Positions 12,220 through 25,526 of a DNA stretch of 64,000 nt are shown piece by piece. The notes below the pieces were generated by a model. It saw only the letters and a program-made list of their open reading frames with translations. It had not been told where the DNA came from and ran no database searches. The DNA is taken from contig NC_045697.1 in assembly GCF_009834535.1 (NCBI RefSeq), forward strand, positions 46,626,001 to 46,690,000. Reading direction: 5' to 3'. Origin of the DNA: Camelus ferus (taxonomy: Eukaryota). A program made the translations under genes and the position numbers. Within the stretch, counting starts at the first letter, position 1. The number at the start of each line of letters is the position of its first letter.

Positions 12220-12940
12220 GCCATATTTGCTAAGTGCTTATTATTTACCAGGCATTATTCTAAATGTGTCTGATGTATACTTGACACCACTCTCATCCTC
12301 TTTCAAGGCCTCCTCTGCATTGCAGAAGTGAAGCTGAGAAATTTATTTCCCAGAATTCTCCTTTCTGTAAGATTCTTGGTTACAGTTTGCAAATGGTAAA
12401 AAACTACAGGCAATTAGGAAGACTGAAGTCCAGGAGAATTTCTTATTCTCCAGAGGCAGTTTCAGGTAGGCTTACAGGCTTTCTGGTGAGCCCTTGAGAG
12501 TCACCTGCATTGATGCTGCAGGCAGAGAAAACATGAAAAATTCTCAAGTAGTCTAAAGAACTATAGCAATTTCCCTGAAAACTTTTATGAGAACCACATA
12601 TTTTGGTACTTTAATCTGAGATTTCCAATGATAGCTTCCCTGACCTTAAAGGTAGCTTCCTTGACTTAGAACGGAGGCTTAATGGCCAGCAGCGATGAAA
12701 GTCTCTACTTTGATAGTAAACCTTTCATACCCAGGATACACACAATGACTTCTGTTTTACTGATCCCATCCGACTGATACAAATAATTAAAACCATCTTG
12801 TAAGACAGACATACCAGCACATCACCTGTATTTTTGTCAGATGAAACCAAAGCCTAAAGAATGTAAGTATCTTGTCAAAGGTTGCACAATCAGAATTCCA
12901 ACCAAGTATGTCGACTCCAGAGATCATGCTCCTCATTATA
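12220..12940 (-). mobile_element. MIR split in two (about 12220-12268 and 12785-12940) by an LTR insertion
   Basis: atatttgctaagtgcttattatttaccaggcattattctaaatg ... cagatgaaaccaaagcctaaagaatgtaagtatcttgtcaaaggttgcaca. Confidence 0.6.
12270..12781 (+). mobile_element. ERVL-type solo LTR (LTR16/33/41-like)
   Basis: atttcccagaattctcctt...; ends tgacttctgttttactgatcccatccgactgataca. Confidence 0.65.
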
Positions 12941-13185
12941 ATTGCTGTACTCTGTCAAGTCAGTACCAGTGAGAGACAGAAAGCATTTTATAATAAAGCA
13001 GTAACTCAACAATTTTCAACATGCACTTTCCTAGTTGGGTACTATGCTTCTCTTTTTTTCTTAAAAACAAACAAAAAACCTTCCCTTGAGTTTCTCTCCT
13101 ATAGTATCAATACTAATGGTTTGCATTAATTTCTTTACCATGTCTACAATCCACCGAATTTATTGGTAACTACTGAACTTTCTAG

Positions 13186-13391
13186 ATTTATGGACTTGCT
13201 CTCTATCACCTTGCACTATTGGATGCCCAAGCATTGTAGTTTCTGCTCATTTGGTGGTTACAGCTCTTCACACAAACACACACAAGAGTCTTTTTTTTCA
13301 ATAATTATCACAAAAAACTGAAATGTCATTAGCAACTGAGCATGACAGCATTGCAAAAGAACTGGGAACATTTTCATCAGTGGAAGAAATG
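13186..13391 (+). pseudogene. Pseudo-exon E (phase 2 start), linker and start of a GT34-like domain; alternative donor at 13439
   Basis: Acceptor actgaactttctAG. Reads (G)FMDLLSITLHYWMPKHCSFCSFGGYSSSHKHTQESFFSIIITKN*NVISN*A*QHCKRTGNIFISGRN; phase fits exon D. Donor uncertain (G|GTTCTA or AA|GTAATC). Confidence 0.6.
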
Positions 13392-14451
13392 GTTCTAAAG
13401 TCAAAAAAATAAACAGGGAAAAAATTCTTATGATGCAAAGTAATCAGGATAGAAGACCAGGGTTCTCAGCTTAGAAGAGGTATTCATATTTGGGGAGTCA
13501 CTTTAAACTACAGTTTCTTAAAAGAATATATCTCTAATTTTCCACTTACTTGCAGAATGAAAAACAAAGCATATGTACAAATCTGAATTGTATGCAAGAA
13601 AACCTGATTCATCACACGTCTGTGACCATGTGTTTGCGTATATAATCTTTAATAACACATTTAACTTTGCTTACTAACTCTTTTAGAAGAAATAAACACA
13701 TGATTGAAAAAGTCTTTTCTCTGAGTCTCATAATTAAAACCAAGTTATAATTTTAAATTCTAAACAAATTATACTTTAAATACTCTGAATAGTAGCTTCT
13801 AGCATTCTTATGACAAACTACAATTACAGACAGGGTAAAATTCTTCATTCCAGATGGGATGAAGAGATAATCAGGTATTCTAACTTCTTTCCTTGTGCTT
13901 TACAATATTCTTCCTAGAATTTTCACAGGGGTCTTCACTAATCTTCTCATTCTAAAAAAAATGAGGACATTGAAACTAATACAAATTCACTCAGAATCAC
14001 TGAGAAATCCAGAATGGAAGTGTATCCAATTCCATTCCTTTCCCAAAACCCTTGCCAATAAAACCAGAGGAATTCTGAGCTAATAGGATATAGCCATACA
14101 CAAGGGTGAAAGAAAGAAAAATCTTTGCCATAGACTTAAACAGAAAAAGAGAAATATTTATTTATTCACAAGTTTATCTCTTGTTCTTTGCATGTAATCA
14201 TGTAGTCAGTCTTTCCCAGCTCCTTCCAAAAATATACTTAAGGTGGCTTTGTACTAACATCGCTCCATTAAAGAAGTCCTAGATGGGCTTATGTTAATAC
14301 CATCCTATGTTCATTAGATCATACTATTATTGCCTTATCCTAAAATAAATCTTGATGGCAAATATTTTAAGGCATTCATAATGTGAATGCAACATTTCAG
14401 ATGTTAGTATTGGGATGTTAAACTTGAACTAAGGTTCCCACCCCCTTGCAT

Positions 14452-14722
14452 ACAGGGAGGGTTGCTGCTGGTCCATATTGCACCTTTGGGAGAATGAGAA
14501 AAAGACCTCCTCTCTAGGGGAAGGCAGCCCTGTGGCTGCACAGCTTAGCAAGCAGTCAAAGCCTTGGTGAAAGTAAGAAAAATCTGCCCCTTGTTCTCAG
14601 CAAGGCCATATCAAGCATTTGGCTTGGCAAGCAGAGTATCAGCTGTGTTGCAGCCCCCACTCACTCCCTGCACGGAGTCATTGTGCAAGGCATAACCAGC
14701 GCAGCTGTAAGCGATGGCTTCA
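14452..14722. mobile_element. Possible hAT-Tip100 (MER91-like) DNA transposon remnant
   Basis: 3' end ttgtgcaaggcataaccagcgcagctgtaagcgatggcttc resembles a MER91-type terminal inverted repeat. Confidence 0.4.
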
Positions 14723-15001
14723 GGTAAGCCTCTTTCTACCAAAGTCAGTAACCAGAGTATCACCCTAAACAGCCCATAACCCTGCTATAGACCCCAGATC
14801 TTCTGACTCTGCATCACAAAAAATTGTGCGTCTCTTCCTTAAAAGAATGAAATCAATTTTTAACTTTAATTATTGCCTTGTAAAATACTTATCTGTAATA
14901 TTTTCCATGTTAAATTGTCTTATAAATCAGAGGACAGTTTCATTGCAAATAAGAAACTTTCACCCTTACCCACGCCCTTTGATTCCAATCGGGAAATTTA
15001 T

Positions 15002-15054
15002 TTAGTTAGTTAGTTAGTTAGTTAGGTCATTCTTGCTATCTATCTATCTATCTA
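15002..15054. repeat. (TTAG)n and (CTAT)n short tandem repeats
   Basis: Directly visible. Confidence 0.9.
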
Positions 15055-15289
15055 GTTTCCTTAGATAATTATTCCAAGTATTATCTATTTTTAATTTACT
15101 CTCAAACCCAAACTCTTCCATCCTTGTCCCTGTGAGTAGCCCCATGTTTTGCTTAAATGAGACCATAGTATAATCATATATGAATCAATTTTCTTCTCTT
15201 CTAATTAAGAATACCTCCACATTAGTGTTTTGTGAATTTCTTTTCTCTCTCTGTTAAAATTTTTGCAGTTTACTTTTGAAGTCTGAAAC

Positions 15290-16150
15290 TCAGTGTTTTT
15301 TCTTTGAACACAAATGTACTTAAATGCCCAAGTATGCCAGGTCCTGTGCTATGTGAAGGGAAACATTGGTGAAATATATTGATATATTCCTTCATGAATA
15401 TAGTTCGACGGGGAAGTAGACAAGTCCCAGGCAATTAATGATAATGCAATGTGAAAGTTGCTCTGACAGAAGATATGGGATGTTGTGGAAGGATAGATCA
15501 TAAGTATCCACACCAGATCTGGTCAATCAGGAGAGGCTTTCTAGAGAAAGTGTTGATCTCTGAAGGATGGGGAGGAGTTGGCAATGCAGAGGGAGTGAAG
15601 GAAGAGCAGGCTGGAGAGTCCTAAGGAAGGAAGAATGTGTATAAAGACCTGGATAATTGTGATTACCTTTGGACATAATTCAACAGCATGAGACATTAAT
15701 AGAGCTAGACCAAGTTCAGTATAATTGGAATATGGGATGCCATGGAGGAACAGTAAAAGAAGAGAAAACAGAAGCAAACAGAGGCAGATGGTTCAGGGTC
15801 TTGCAAGATATGTTTTTCAATTTTAGGGTTTTACTTCATGATTTCAAAATTATAATTTTTCACTGTTCATTCAGCAAATACTTTTCAAGCATCTAGTCTG
15901 TGCCAGATTCTACCATGAATTAGACATTGATACATTTTCTCTAAGATAGACTTTTAAGATTCATTAGTGAACAACAGAGCAAAAACCCCTCATGAAGCAT
16001 ATGTATATTTAAGAAGAAAGCAATATATCTGAGAAAGAAGTAAATTATATAGAATGATAGAAGCATGGAAAAAAGAAAAAGTAGAATAGAGACAGAGGGT
16101 TGGGAGAGGCAGGGAGCTGCATTTTATATACAGAGGAGTGGGTGGGCTCC
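15290..16150 (-). mobile_element. Two L2 3' fragments
   Basis: aatgtacttaaatgcccaagtatgccaggtcctgtgcta (~15315) and ttcattcagcaaatacttttcaagcatctagtctgtgccag (~15865). Confidence 0.75.
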
Positions 16151-16169
16151 ATTAAGTCTCTCTTCCCTC

Positions 16170-17005
16170 CCTTTCTGGGCTCCCTAACTTAGTTGTGAGC
16201 ATCACTGTCCACCCTGATGCCCATGTTAAAATTCATAGGCTGATAAAGCCTTGGGACTCTGTTCCCTCTTTTGTATTCCACTGCCCTAAACCACAGCTTC
16301 TTATCTTATTCAGATTATTCAACAAACTCCTACAGTCTCTCTGTTTATTCTTTCTCGATTATAAATTCTTCACCCTTAATCAGAGTTTTCATTATAAATG
16401 ACAAATGTAGATATGCCACTCCTTTGTTCAAAAACCTTTGCCACTTCTGTATTATCTGCAGATAAGCATCCTGAAACTAAGAATGTCATTCACAGTCTCC
16501 CCTAGTCTGGCGTCTAGCTAGCTGTGAGACCTCATTCAAATTTTTGTTGTGTAGACTGTGATTTAAGCCCACAAGACTAATAAAGCTCCAAACAAAGCAT
16601 CGATGTTGTCTTCTTTTGGATCTTGTTCTATAACATTCCTGTTTCATGACTCCATATCTCTCCTCACGATATTTTTTGCTGTCACAATCTCATCTATTTC
16701 TCAAGGCAGCTCTGATTCCCCTTTGTTAGTGAAGAATTTCCTGCTTCTTCCCAGTCATTCCAAGTAGGTGTTCCCTTTTATGTTCTCCCACGGGATTTTG
16801 TTTAATCCTCTCTTTTGGCATACAGGTTTTGCATTTTCATTCTGAACAACTCTGTCTGTAAATATTACAGACAGAAGGCATTACAGGTAATAGACTGTAA
16901 GCATCCTCAGGACAGTGACCTTCCTGATTCTCTTTGTCTCATGCTACCCTGTTTTTTATTTGACTCAATGCTTTCTACAGAGTGGAGGCTCAGTAAGTGT
17001 TGAAT
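16170..17005 (+). mobile_element. L2 3' fragment
   Basis: Ends tagactgtaagcatcctcaggacag...acagagtggaggctcagtaagtgttgaat. Confidence 0.7.
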
Positions 17006-17844
17006 TTATATTATTTTCTTAAACTCTAGTTTAGGAAGAGAGATTTTTTTTCTGGCGGTCACTAGATTAGCAATCTTACTCATAGAATTAACATGATGGA
17101 TAAGAGCATTTTTAACAAGCATCTTTTAATAATTATAAATGCCAGATTTCATCAGAAGCCTAGAGCAAGTATTATCACTGTGAGACAAACTAAATGCTAC
17201 ATGTGTCAATATTTACACAAGCAGATTACAACAGTGTGGTCTCATCAGTTCAGCTATTGTGTCTTGTGAGCTTAACTAAATTTCAAACTCCATAAGGAAC
17301 TGCATTTTCCCCTGAAGTTATTAAAGGGTAGATTTCTTTTAATTAAACTCATTTGCATGACTAAATTAGATTTAATTACTCTCATTCATTTCACTAATAC
17401 CTTTCTTTGATTGGAGAAGGAGAACTTTTATAATTGATTAAAATAGGATGTTCTGGCCTCCTCTGTTGATCCTGGAGATCAGTTCTCATTTACGCTTTTA
17501 AACGACTAGGGGAACAGAAATATCTTTGATCCTGTTCTACTACAAACACTCTCCTTGAACTTGGGATGGACACACAGTCACCCTACTCCTCAGTTTCTCC
17601 ATCAGATAAGCCCTGTGGCACCAATGGCAATGATAACTGTTTTGACCTCCAGTGCAAAGAACAATGGTGCTTTTGACGTGAAAGTGCTTGAAACGTGTAT
17701 AAATTCTAAACTATGAATATTGCTAGAATTATTAATACCAGAAATTAAAGCTTTTCTTTTAAATTGTGTCTAAAAATGAAATCCCTCATTACTTTTGGGT
17801 AGTACTCATTGTCTTCATCATCTCAGAGTACTGAAATTTACCAT

Positions 17845-19760
17845 CACATTCATTCACTCATGCTTGCATGCATTCATTCAATACAAATTTGTTTTCACAC
17901 ACTCTTCCAGACACAGTGACTAGCCTTGGGTAAAATTCAGCAAACCCTTAAGAAGAACAATAACTCTAATAAAGCATATTCCTCCCTCGGGTGCTCAGTC
18001 TTGAGAGAGTCTAATAATGTAAACATACGATTTGATAAGCATATAACAGAATCGCAGAAAAGGCTCACGGTCGAAAAGGGAAAATTTTCAACTAGGCTTG
18101 AAGGTAGTTAAAATAGATTTTGTGAGATAAGTTTAAAAAGATAGGAGAGGAAGGCTTATTCTAGGACAAAGGAATTCTGTGTTCAAAGATAGTCAAGCAA
18201 GAATAGAATGATACATTTGGAAAACTCTAGCTCATTTTGGCTTAAGTTTTGGATTTGAGTATGAAGTGAGAGGGAACAAGTTTGGAGAAAAACTCATCCA
18301 GTGGATGAGCTGGCTTAAAGCAGGTAAGTGAAATAAAATAAAAACTGTATTTACTATATTTGTGTATTAGAAAGATAATGATGTATGGAAAATAGACTAA
18401 AGGTAAGTATATCCGGTTAGGAGAGTCTTTTAAGATAATATATTTCTGAAATAATGTAGTAGCAATAAATTTGGAGAAGAAAATACAAATATAAATATAT
18501 TTCATGGGTTTTTATAAGATAGAACTAATAAGCAGAAATTTAAAATTTTCTATGTTTCTGCTTTGGATGATTTTTTTAGGTCACAGTTGCACTACTGAAA
18601 ACAATAAAAGAAACACATTTGGGGGTCAGGAGTATAAGGAATCCTGATTTAAGTTTTGGGTATGTGATTTTGAAATATCTGTATTCATGAAGATAAATAC
18701 ATTGGTCTAGATCTTAGAAGAGTGATATAGAATAAAGATACAGACTTGGGAGTTCAAACAGAGGTTTTCTGTTTGCTTGTTTGCTTAAATCTGCTCTTTA
18801 CTTCCTTTGGTGAACATACTCCTTTCCTACTTTACTGATTCTGGCTTGACTATCAATCAACGGCCTTGCCTCCCCTCTCAGGGCTGAGAGTACAAGACGC
18901 AAGCCAAGCCAACCAGAAAACAAAACTACGTACTGGTAATGATGCGGGGAAAGAGGGACTGACGGTCTTTTCAGCAGGATTATTAGCTGTAAGAACAAGC
19001 AGGTCAGAGTAACTAATGGCCGTCTTCGTCCCCATACAGGTAAAGTCTGCAAATGAAGCCGACAGAGAGGGGGAGAAAGCTAACAGATTAAGAAGGGCAG
19101 AGGTCCGCTGATATTTTTGAACCACTGGATCCAGCCAAGCTTCTAACCTTCCCCTGCATGTTTTAGTCATATGAGTCAATGCATTTGGAGTTTTATGCTT
19201 TATGCTTGTTTATATTATATTTCTGTGATTTGTATCCAAAAGAGTCTTAACTAATTCAGGAGTTTTCATGAAGAGAATCGTAATTCACAGGGAGAGTGAG
19301 TGCCATAGCTCAGATCAGAGCATAGTAAGTGGGAAGAGAAAAAGACCAAGGCAGTATAATCAGGAAGAGCATGAAAATTAAAAGGTAGGTGGAGGGAAGG
19401 AATCCCATAAAGAAACCTGGGAAAGAGCAATTAAGAGACCAAGAAGAGAGCAGTATAACAGAAGCCAAGAAAGTAACGCTAGTGTCAAGAATAACGGAAT
19501 GGGGAGAGGCAAGGTCACATTAAATAGGACAAGACATATCACCATGTCTGTCTGATTTAGCAATCTAAAGGTTTCAGAGGACTTTAGTATGAATCGTTTC
19601 AGAAGAGTGGAGGGTGCAAGACAGATTGAATAGGCATGAGAAAGTAAAGTCAGTGAATTGGATTTATCTTTCAAAAAGATTATCTATAAAGGGAAGTGGG
19701 AAATTGGATCTCTTATATGTAAACACAGCTAGAAAGAGGGTTCCTTTTTAAGTTGGGAGA
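17845..19760 (-). mobile_element. L2 fragment interrupted by an LTR at about 18770-19255
   Basis: cattcattcaatacaaattt terminus; purine-rich L2 ORF-end sequence on both sides of the LTR. Confidence 0.7.
18770..19255 (+). mobile_element. ERVL solo LTR (LTR33-like)
   Basis: tttgaaccactggatccagccaagc...cccctgcatgttttagtcatatgagtcaat...ctgtgatttgtatccaaaagagtcttaactaat. Confidence 0.7.
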
Positions 19761-20239
19761 GACGGCACCTCTGCCCATGTTGAAAGAAAGCACGATTTTC
19801 TCTTGTTCTTTACTGTGTAAATGTGGTACTTTTTACTGTAGCAGAATTATGGAGATTGAACAAACAATATGGCAGGTAGAAATGAATAGTTGATAAATAT
19901 GAGTTAGAGGCTTGTTGGTCTCTTTCATTCACTTATATAAGTCCTAGAGGTTTCCCATATTTTGATACTTCATTTTTCTTTCATGCTAAAAAGTAGAATA
20001 GCTTGTTTTTCACCAAAACATACATACTAAGCCACGACAAGGCGTGCTTTCTGTCTTCCATCCGTAACAACAGAAGTAGCAGCTAATGGCTGGCTCATTC
20101 ACACATATTTAAAACAATACAGTGTATTTCAAAAACTGTTTTATTACTGAACAGAACTGTATTTCCAACAGAAGGTTGTCATGATCCATTTTAAGATATC
20201 TCTGTTAGCTTGAGTTGAGATAATTGATTATTTCAATAG

Positions 20240-20380
20240 GCTAAGCTCAAAGCTTTGCATTAGTTGATGACAGTTCTACTGATTACATGCCATTTTTAAC
20301 CCTTTCATTACAATGTGCAAGTCACTCATAATGAGACACTTGGACATGCATTTACTTGTCAGTGTCATCTTTTTAAAAAG
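20240..20380 (+). pseudogene. Candidate pseudo-exon F, possibly the W-x-K and degenerate DxD segment of the GT34-like domain
   Basis: Acceptor ttatttcaatAG; reads AKLKALH*LMTVL...HYNVQVTHNETLGHAF; ends AAG|GCAACG. Position fits the expected motif order, but the phase does not chain without a frameshift. Confidence 0.3.
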
Positions 20381-20806
20381 GCAACGAAAACAAATATGGA
20401 AAAGAAAATTTAAAAAGGAAAGCAGAACATTGCTTCTTAAGTAAAATACCATGTTTTTAGTAAGTGGCCCAATACTCATTAAAAAAAGGAAAAGTCCTCA
20501 AATCTTGCAGTAAACAACAATGTTCCAGTAGTCTTTCCCGACCCTGATTGGGAAGCCCTTGGAGGTGGGCGCTCCCCTTTCAGTCTGCATTTGGGTATTG
20601 GGCTTGGGTGTATACACTCATAAAAGAGAACATGTCAGGAAAAGAAATGGAAACAAACAAATCACAATACCAAAAAGAAGAAAAAAATCCCTCAAACCAC
20701 ACTTTCACAGTCCTCTATTTATACTAGCACATTCTGGGAAAATCACTCAAAAACCTGTTACTAATCATTTAAACCTTAGGCTGTCGACATTTTTCTGCTT
20801 TGCTAG

Positions 20807-20980
20807 CCAAACAGTCATGCGCAGCAGCCAGAGGGTTAAAGAGCCAGATTTCCTGTCCCATCCTGTCGCGTTGTGTGAGCAATATGGAGGACCTCATCAT
20901 CGCGGCAGAGGCTCCTGTTGAACATGAAGGGGTCTATCCAGGCAAAAATATGTGCAGCCTTCTGGGCCAGATTTGCTCCG
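20807..20980 (+). pseudogene. Pseudo-exon G (phase 1 to 1, 174 nt, open), GT34-like DLII...ICSG segment; donor apparently mutated
   Basis: Strong acceptor atttttctgctttgctAG. Reads KQSCAAARGLKSQISCPILSRCVSNMEDLIIAAEAPVEHEGVYPGKNMCSLLGQICS(G), followed by G|GAAGG (GTAAGG lacking the T). GC/CpG-richer than its flanks. Confidence 0.7.
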
Positions 20981-23089
20981 GAAGGGGTTCTAAGTTGGCT
21001 GTGCAGTGGACTAGGCGGGCCAGACCTGCTGTTCCACAAAGGCCAAGATTCTCCCTCTGCGTGCCCGGTTCCCCAGCCAGCAGACCATACCCAGCCTGCT
21101 CTGCCTGGGTCCAGACACCCTCAGAACCATGCGAAAGTCTTTGTGTTATTTTCGGAAATAAAATATACAATCTAATATAAAGTAGATTACCTGGGTTTGG
21201 GTAGACCAAAACCAGAAACAATTCAATTTTCACGTAGAAATAAAATAAATGAAACAGAACACAGAACTAGACAGTCTCTAAGATTTAGACTGTGGAAGAC
21301 AACAGAATTTTCTATTTCTTGATTTAAAAAAAACTTACAGTCAGTCAACTATATAATAAATTATGTCTCCAGTGGCCTAGGTGCAGTGCTTTAAATGTAT
21401 TATTTTAATGGAAGATTTGCGATTTGATGATTATATGTGCTGTATTCAATTTCTTCAGCAAATATCTTCGGAGGGTTCTATGCCAAGGGAGTGAGAAAAT
21501 AACAGTCTTGAGATCCCTGTCAACCATCATCATTGTACTTTGTGACCCACAGTGCGGAATTCTTAATTTTAATTTTCTCCACCTCTGTTCACTTGACTCA
21601 TTCTCATGCATGCTTGAGTAACAAAATAAGGACAAAAATATTGAAAGTAGGTAACATTTTGTGGACAATTATTGTCTTTTCCATTTTATTAGAAAAATCA
21701 AACTTCAGATTCCATTTGTTGAGAATCAGCCCTCACTATAACCTTATATAAAGTTCCCCAGTGAAAGTTCAGATTTTGAAAATCTAGTCTCTGACAGAAA
21801 AAAAAAAGTCAGCAGAAACCTATAAAAACAAGCCAGAGAAAGCTCAAGGTTTGTTCCACTCACCGCCTATGCCAGGGGATGGTTCTCATCAATATCCCAC
21901 CACGACCCGATAGTGTGACCAGAAATGCAAAGATAGGCCTTGCAGGTAAACACAAACTCAGTGAAACGTTTGATTTGTCTTTGCTTCCTGAACATCACAG
22001 AAATCTGACTGAACTAAATCAGTATGTGTCACTGAGACTCTTACTGTCATAGTCAAAGCTCAGTGCTCTAGTGGAGTCTAGTGAAGTCTGACCCAGGATT
22101 AACGTAAGCCACCGTGGGTGCTTGGAGTCAGACTAAAAAACTTAGATTGCATTGTGCCCTTAATTATCAAATGCATTTCCTGTGAAGAAAGGAATACTGT
22201 TTAAAATATTTGATAATCTGACAAGGCCATAAGGCTTAATGGAATTGATGATTACACACAGATGGACGATTAACTCTCGAGGTTTAACGTTAAAAAAATA
22301 AAAGTTTAACTGTGCTGGATTGCTACTTAATGGAATTACACTGCCCATATGGAAAAGAACTATACCCTAAATATACCCAGAATGATGGAACAGGTGGCAG
22401 AATCTGGGCAAGACTGCTTGGAATGCACAAAAGCATTCTGAACTTGTAACTGCCAGAAAAGATTTCTGAAGGAAAATAAAGAGGGGAATCTTTGAAACTG
22501 TGTTAAGTTTCCTACATTTTGGAAATACAAATTGCAAAAATCATTAGAAAATCGAACCCCAAAGTATAATTTTTCCAGCGGGTGCTTTTTTAAAATACTG
22601 TCTTTAGGAAACCTGCAAACTATGCTGTTTGTGACTAAGGTAAAGTTTGATGTATGGATTATTAATTAGCTCTGACATAAACTCAGTGAGGGCAGAAACC
22701 AAGCTATATCCTCCAGAACATATGACTGGGAGGATGAGATTAAAATGATGAACTAAAGTAAGGATTAAGTGTTATTTCTGGGTTTCATATTCTTTAATAA
22801 TGATTTATGTACCCCACTCCATGGATACAAAACAGCTGCCTATGTGAAAATGATGGTGGCATATGAACACTAGTTAAGTATTTACACATAAATAAGCAAA
22901 TGGTGAGGTAGCATAATTCCAACTAAGAAACTATTGCTGATAGAAGATGATTTATTTGTGATTTTTCTGCTCCAACTCAGGAGGGGGTTTATTTCAAATA
23001 TTAATAACCTTTCAAATAACAGAAGACCCTGTCTTCTGGGCATCCAGAGTGTGGGGATAGCATCTGGAAGGCCTTAGTAGTGATAAACT

Positions 23090-23300
23090 TCATAGCTATG
23101 CAGTACTGAGTATTTACTATGCACAGGAGTGACTCGCTTTATATACATAATTTTATTTAATTCATAATGTGACCCTCTAAGTTATTTTCCATTTTACAGA
23201 TGAGGCATTTGACTGATGGGCATTAAGTACGCTTCCCAAAGTCACAGAACTAGTAGTCAGTAAAGTTGGGACTGAAAAAGAGACTGGTCTTGGCAGAGTC
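23090..23300 (-). mobile_element. MIR SINE
   Basis: ccattttacagatgaggcatttgactgatgggcattaagtacgcttcccaaagtcacagaactagt. Confidence 0.85.
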
Positions 23301-25020
23301 CTCTCATATATAAGCATTCTGGTCCATGTCTGTTTACCATGATCTTGCCCTGCTTCTGAGTCTCACTTCTCTAGTTCTGCACATGTCTGAGCATTCCTGG
23401 ACTCCTCTTGGTGCCTGACGCCTTCCCTAAGCCTAATGGAGCCACGTTCCCCAGGGCTCTATTAGGACCTTCAGAAAAGCATAAGGATGGAAGAGACCTA
23501 GGAGCACTCCCCACCACAAAACAGTTAATTAAAAAATGAATATTAAATAAGTGTGAAGAGGCTTCTCAGAACTCTGCTTCTCCCCCATAAGCTTCTAACT
23601 TTTCTTTGCTGAAATATTAAAATCTTTAAAAACAATTTTTTTTTTCCTGCTGCCTCTGCTTTGTTGATGTCTTAAGCACACACTCGTTAGGTCCACTGGG
23701 AAATTCAGCAAAACTATTTCTGGGTCTACCGAACAGTTTTAAAAAACCATGAAAGAATGATCTTGGGTAAATCAATCATTGCATTTTATTACATCATTTC
23801 AATGATTAAGACTTTCAGACTTCTGTTATGACTCTCCCATAAAAATGGGACACACTTAAGTGTCTACCCTAAAAATAACTTTGGTACACCTAGACTGATT
23901 GGTTACTGGGCGTAGGGACGTGGCTGCTTGGAGCGGCTTGCTCTTTAGCCTTCCACACATGAGGTTTTTATACATTTCGGTGTATGCATATTCAAAACAA
24001 AACTTTTTTATGTACTTAGGACTCTACCCAGGGAAATTTTTATCACTAATGAGAGATAAGAAAAAAAGAGTGGAAAATTTTCTAGCCCAGTGAGGAAATC
24101 TCCTTTTGGTTTTTAATATTTCATTTTCTGCTATTTAGTTGTAAACCTTGATGTTTTAAATGTTATGATGGATATCGGTTTCTCTCTTAACATATTTATC
24201 CCGCTTATATCATAGGAATTCTAAAACAAATTAAAAATGAAATATGTGAAATTGTTTGAAAAAGTAAGAATAGTACATGAGCTGCTGAAGACCAGAGCCT
24301 CTGTGCTTTCCTTCCCCAGAGAATCCTGTATAACAGGTGTTCAGCGGGCCTCTCTCAGGGGTCGCCGAAAGTAATTCTTGCCCAAATAGACTGTAAGATC
24401 TTTGAGGGCAAGGGGCATACTTTATAGTGGGGCCTCCAAGAATGCTGATTTTGATAAGAAAGTACCAAAAAGCAACTGAGTAGTGTAGAGAACAATGAAA
24501 CGCAAATAGTTGAGGTAGAAAATATGTATGTAACCAGGATAGCAGCACTATTAGCATAATAATAGCCTTTGTTACTGCAGAGATACTTTCATGGAAAATA
24601 AAGAGTATTTGTACCAAAGGAATCTATATTATTCTTTACTTATATGACTACCAGTTTTATTCTGCCTATGTAGAATTCTTAAATTGACTGAATACCAATT
24701 ATAGTCTTTTAAAAAAATATATATATATAATATATATTATAGCTTCTAGTTCTACATCAGGTGCTTCTTCCCTGCCCCCTAAAATAGCCTCCTGCTGTAA
24801 AGGCTACATCCTCCTGATGTAGAGGAAGGGAAATATATTGATGTAGACTCATGATAAATCATCTCTTTATCCTTTTGGCAATTCATGGTTGTACTTTAAA
24901 TAAGACATCTAGAATCACTGTTTAATATCATTAAATTATTTAATATGTAATCAAGTTGGACATACTTTATTAAATACCCTATTAGTTGTTTTTAAGTGGA
25001 AGGTTTGTTTTATTTGTTCT

Positions 25021-25150
25021 TTTGGGGGTTTTTTGGGGGGTTAATTAGGTTTATTTATTCATTTACTTTTTTTAATGAAGGTACTGGGGCTTGAACCCAG
25101 GACCCTGTGCATGCTAAGCACTCACTCTACCATTGAGCTATACCCTCTCC
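25021..25150 (-). mobile_element. tRNA-Ala-derived SINE (camelid Vic-1 type)
   Basis: Reverse complement ggagagggtatagctcaatggtagagtgagtgcttagcatgcacagggtcctgggttcaagccccagtacc has A and B boxes, then a taaataaacctaatta tail. Confidence 0.9.
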
Positions 25151-25526
25151 ATCTTATTTATTCATTTCTGATACAGTATTTTTTGCCTAATAGATATTCA
25201 GTCTGATAATTGCAATGGAATCTGCACTGATCCCAGCAAAGAGTAACTGCCCCAAGGATTGAGATTAAGTAGGATCATTTCATACTACTTAAAGCAAGCT
25301 AAACTCCTACGGAAAAATATTAAGGCAGCCTGTGAGGTGAGATTCACCCCAGGACACATGCCAAGTAAACAGGTTGGCAGAGATGTTACAATTGCCCAGA
25401 CAGAGATGAAAGAAATAATGTGTCTTCCTTTGGGTTTGATAGCAGGATCTCTATTTGAAGGCACAGTCTTCATCCTGGGAATTCCAACATGTTTTGTTAT
25501 GTAGCTCATATTTGTTGTTTCTATAG

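Noticed and set aside
14318..14433. Possible DxD-bearing exon (NLDGKYFKAFIM*)
   Set aside because: Weak splice sites, wrong phase and an unconvincing motif.
24751..24823. 11-bp inverted repeat tctacatcagg / cctgatgtaga
   Set aside because: Too short, with no TSD or family evidence to call a MITE or structured RNA.
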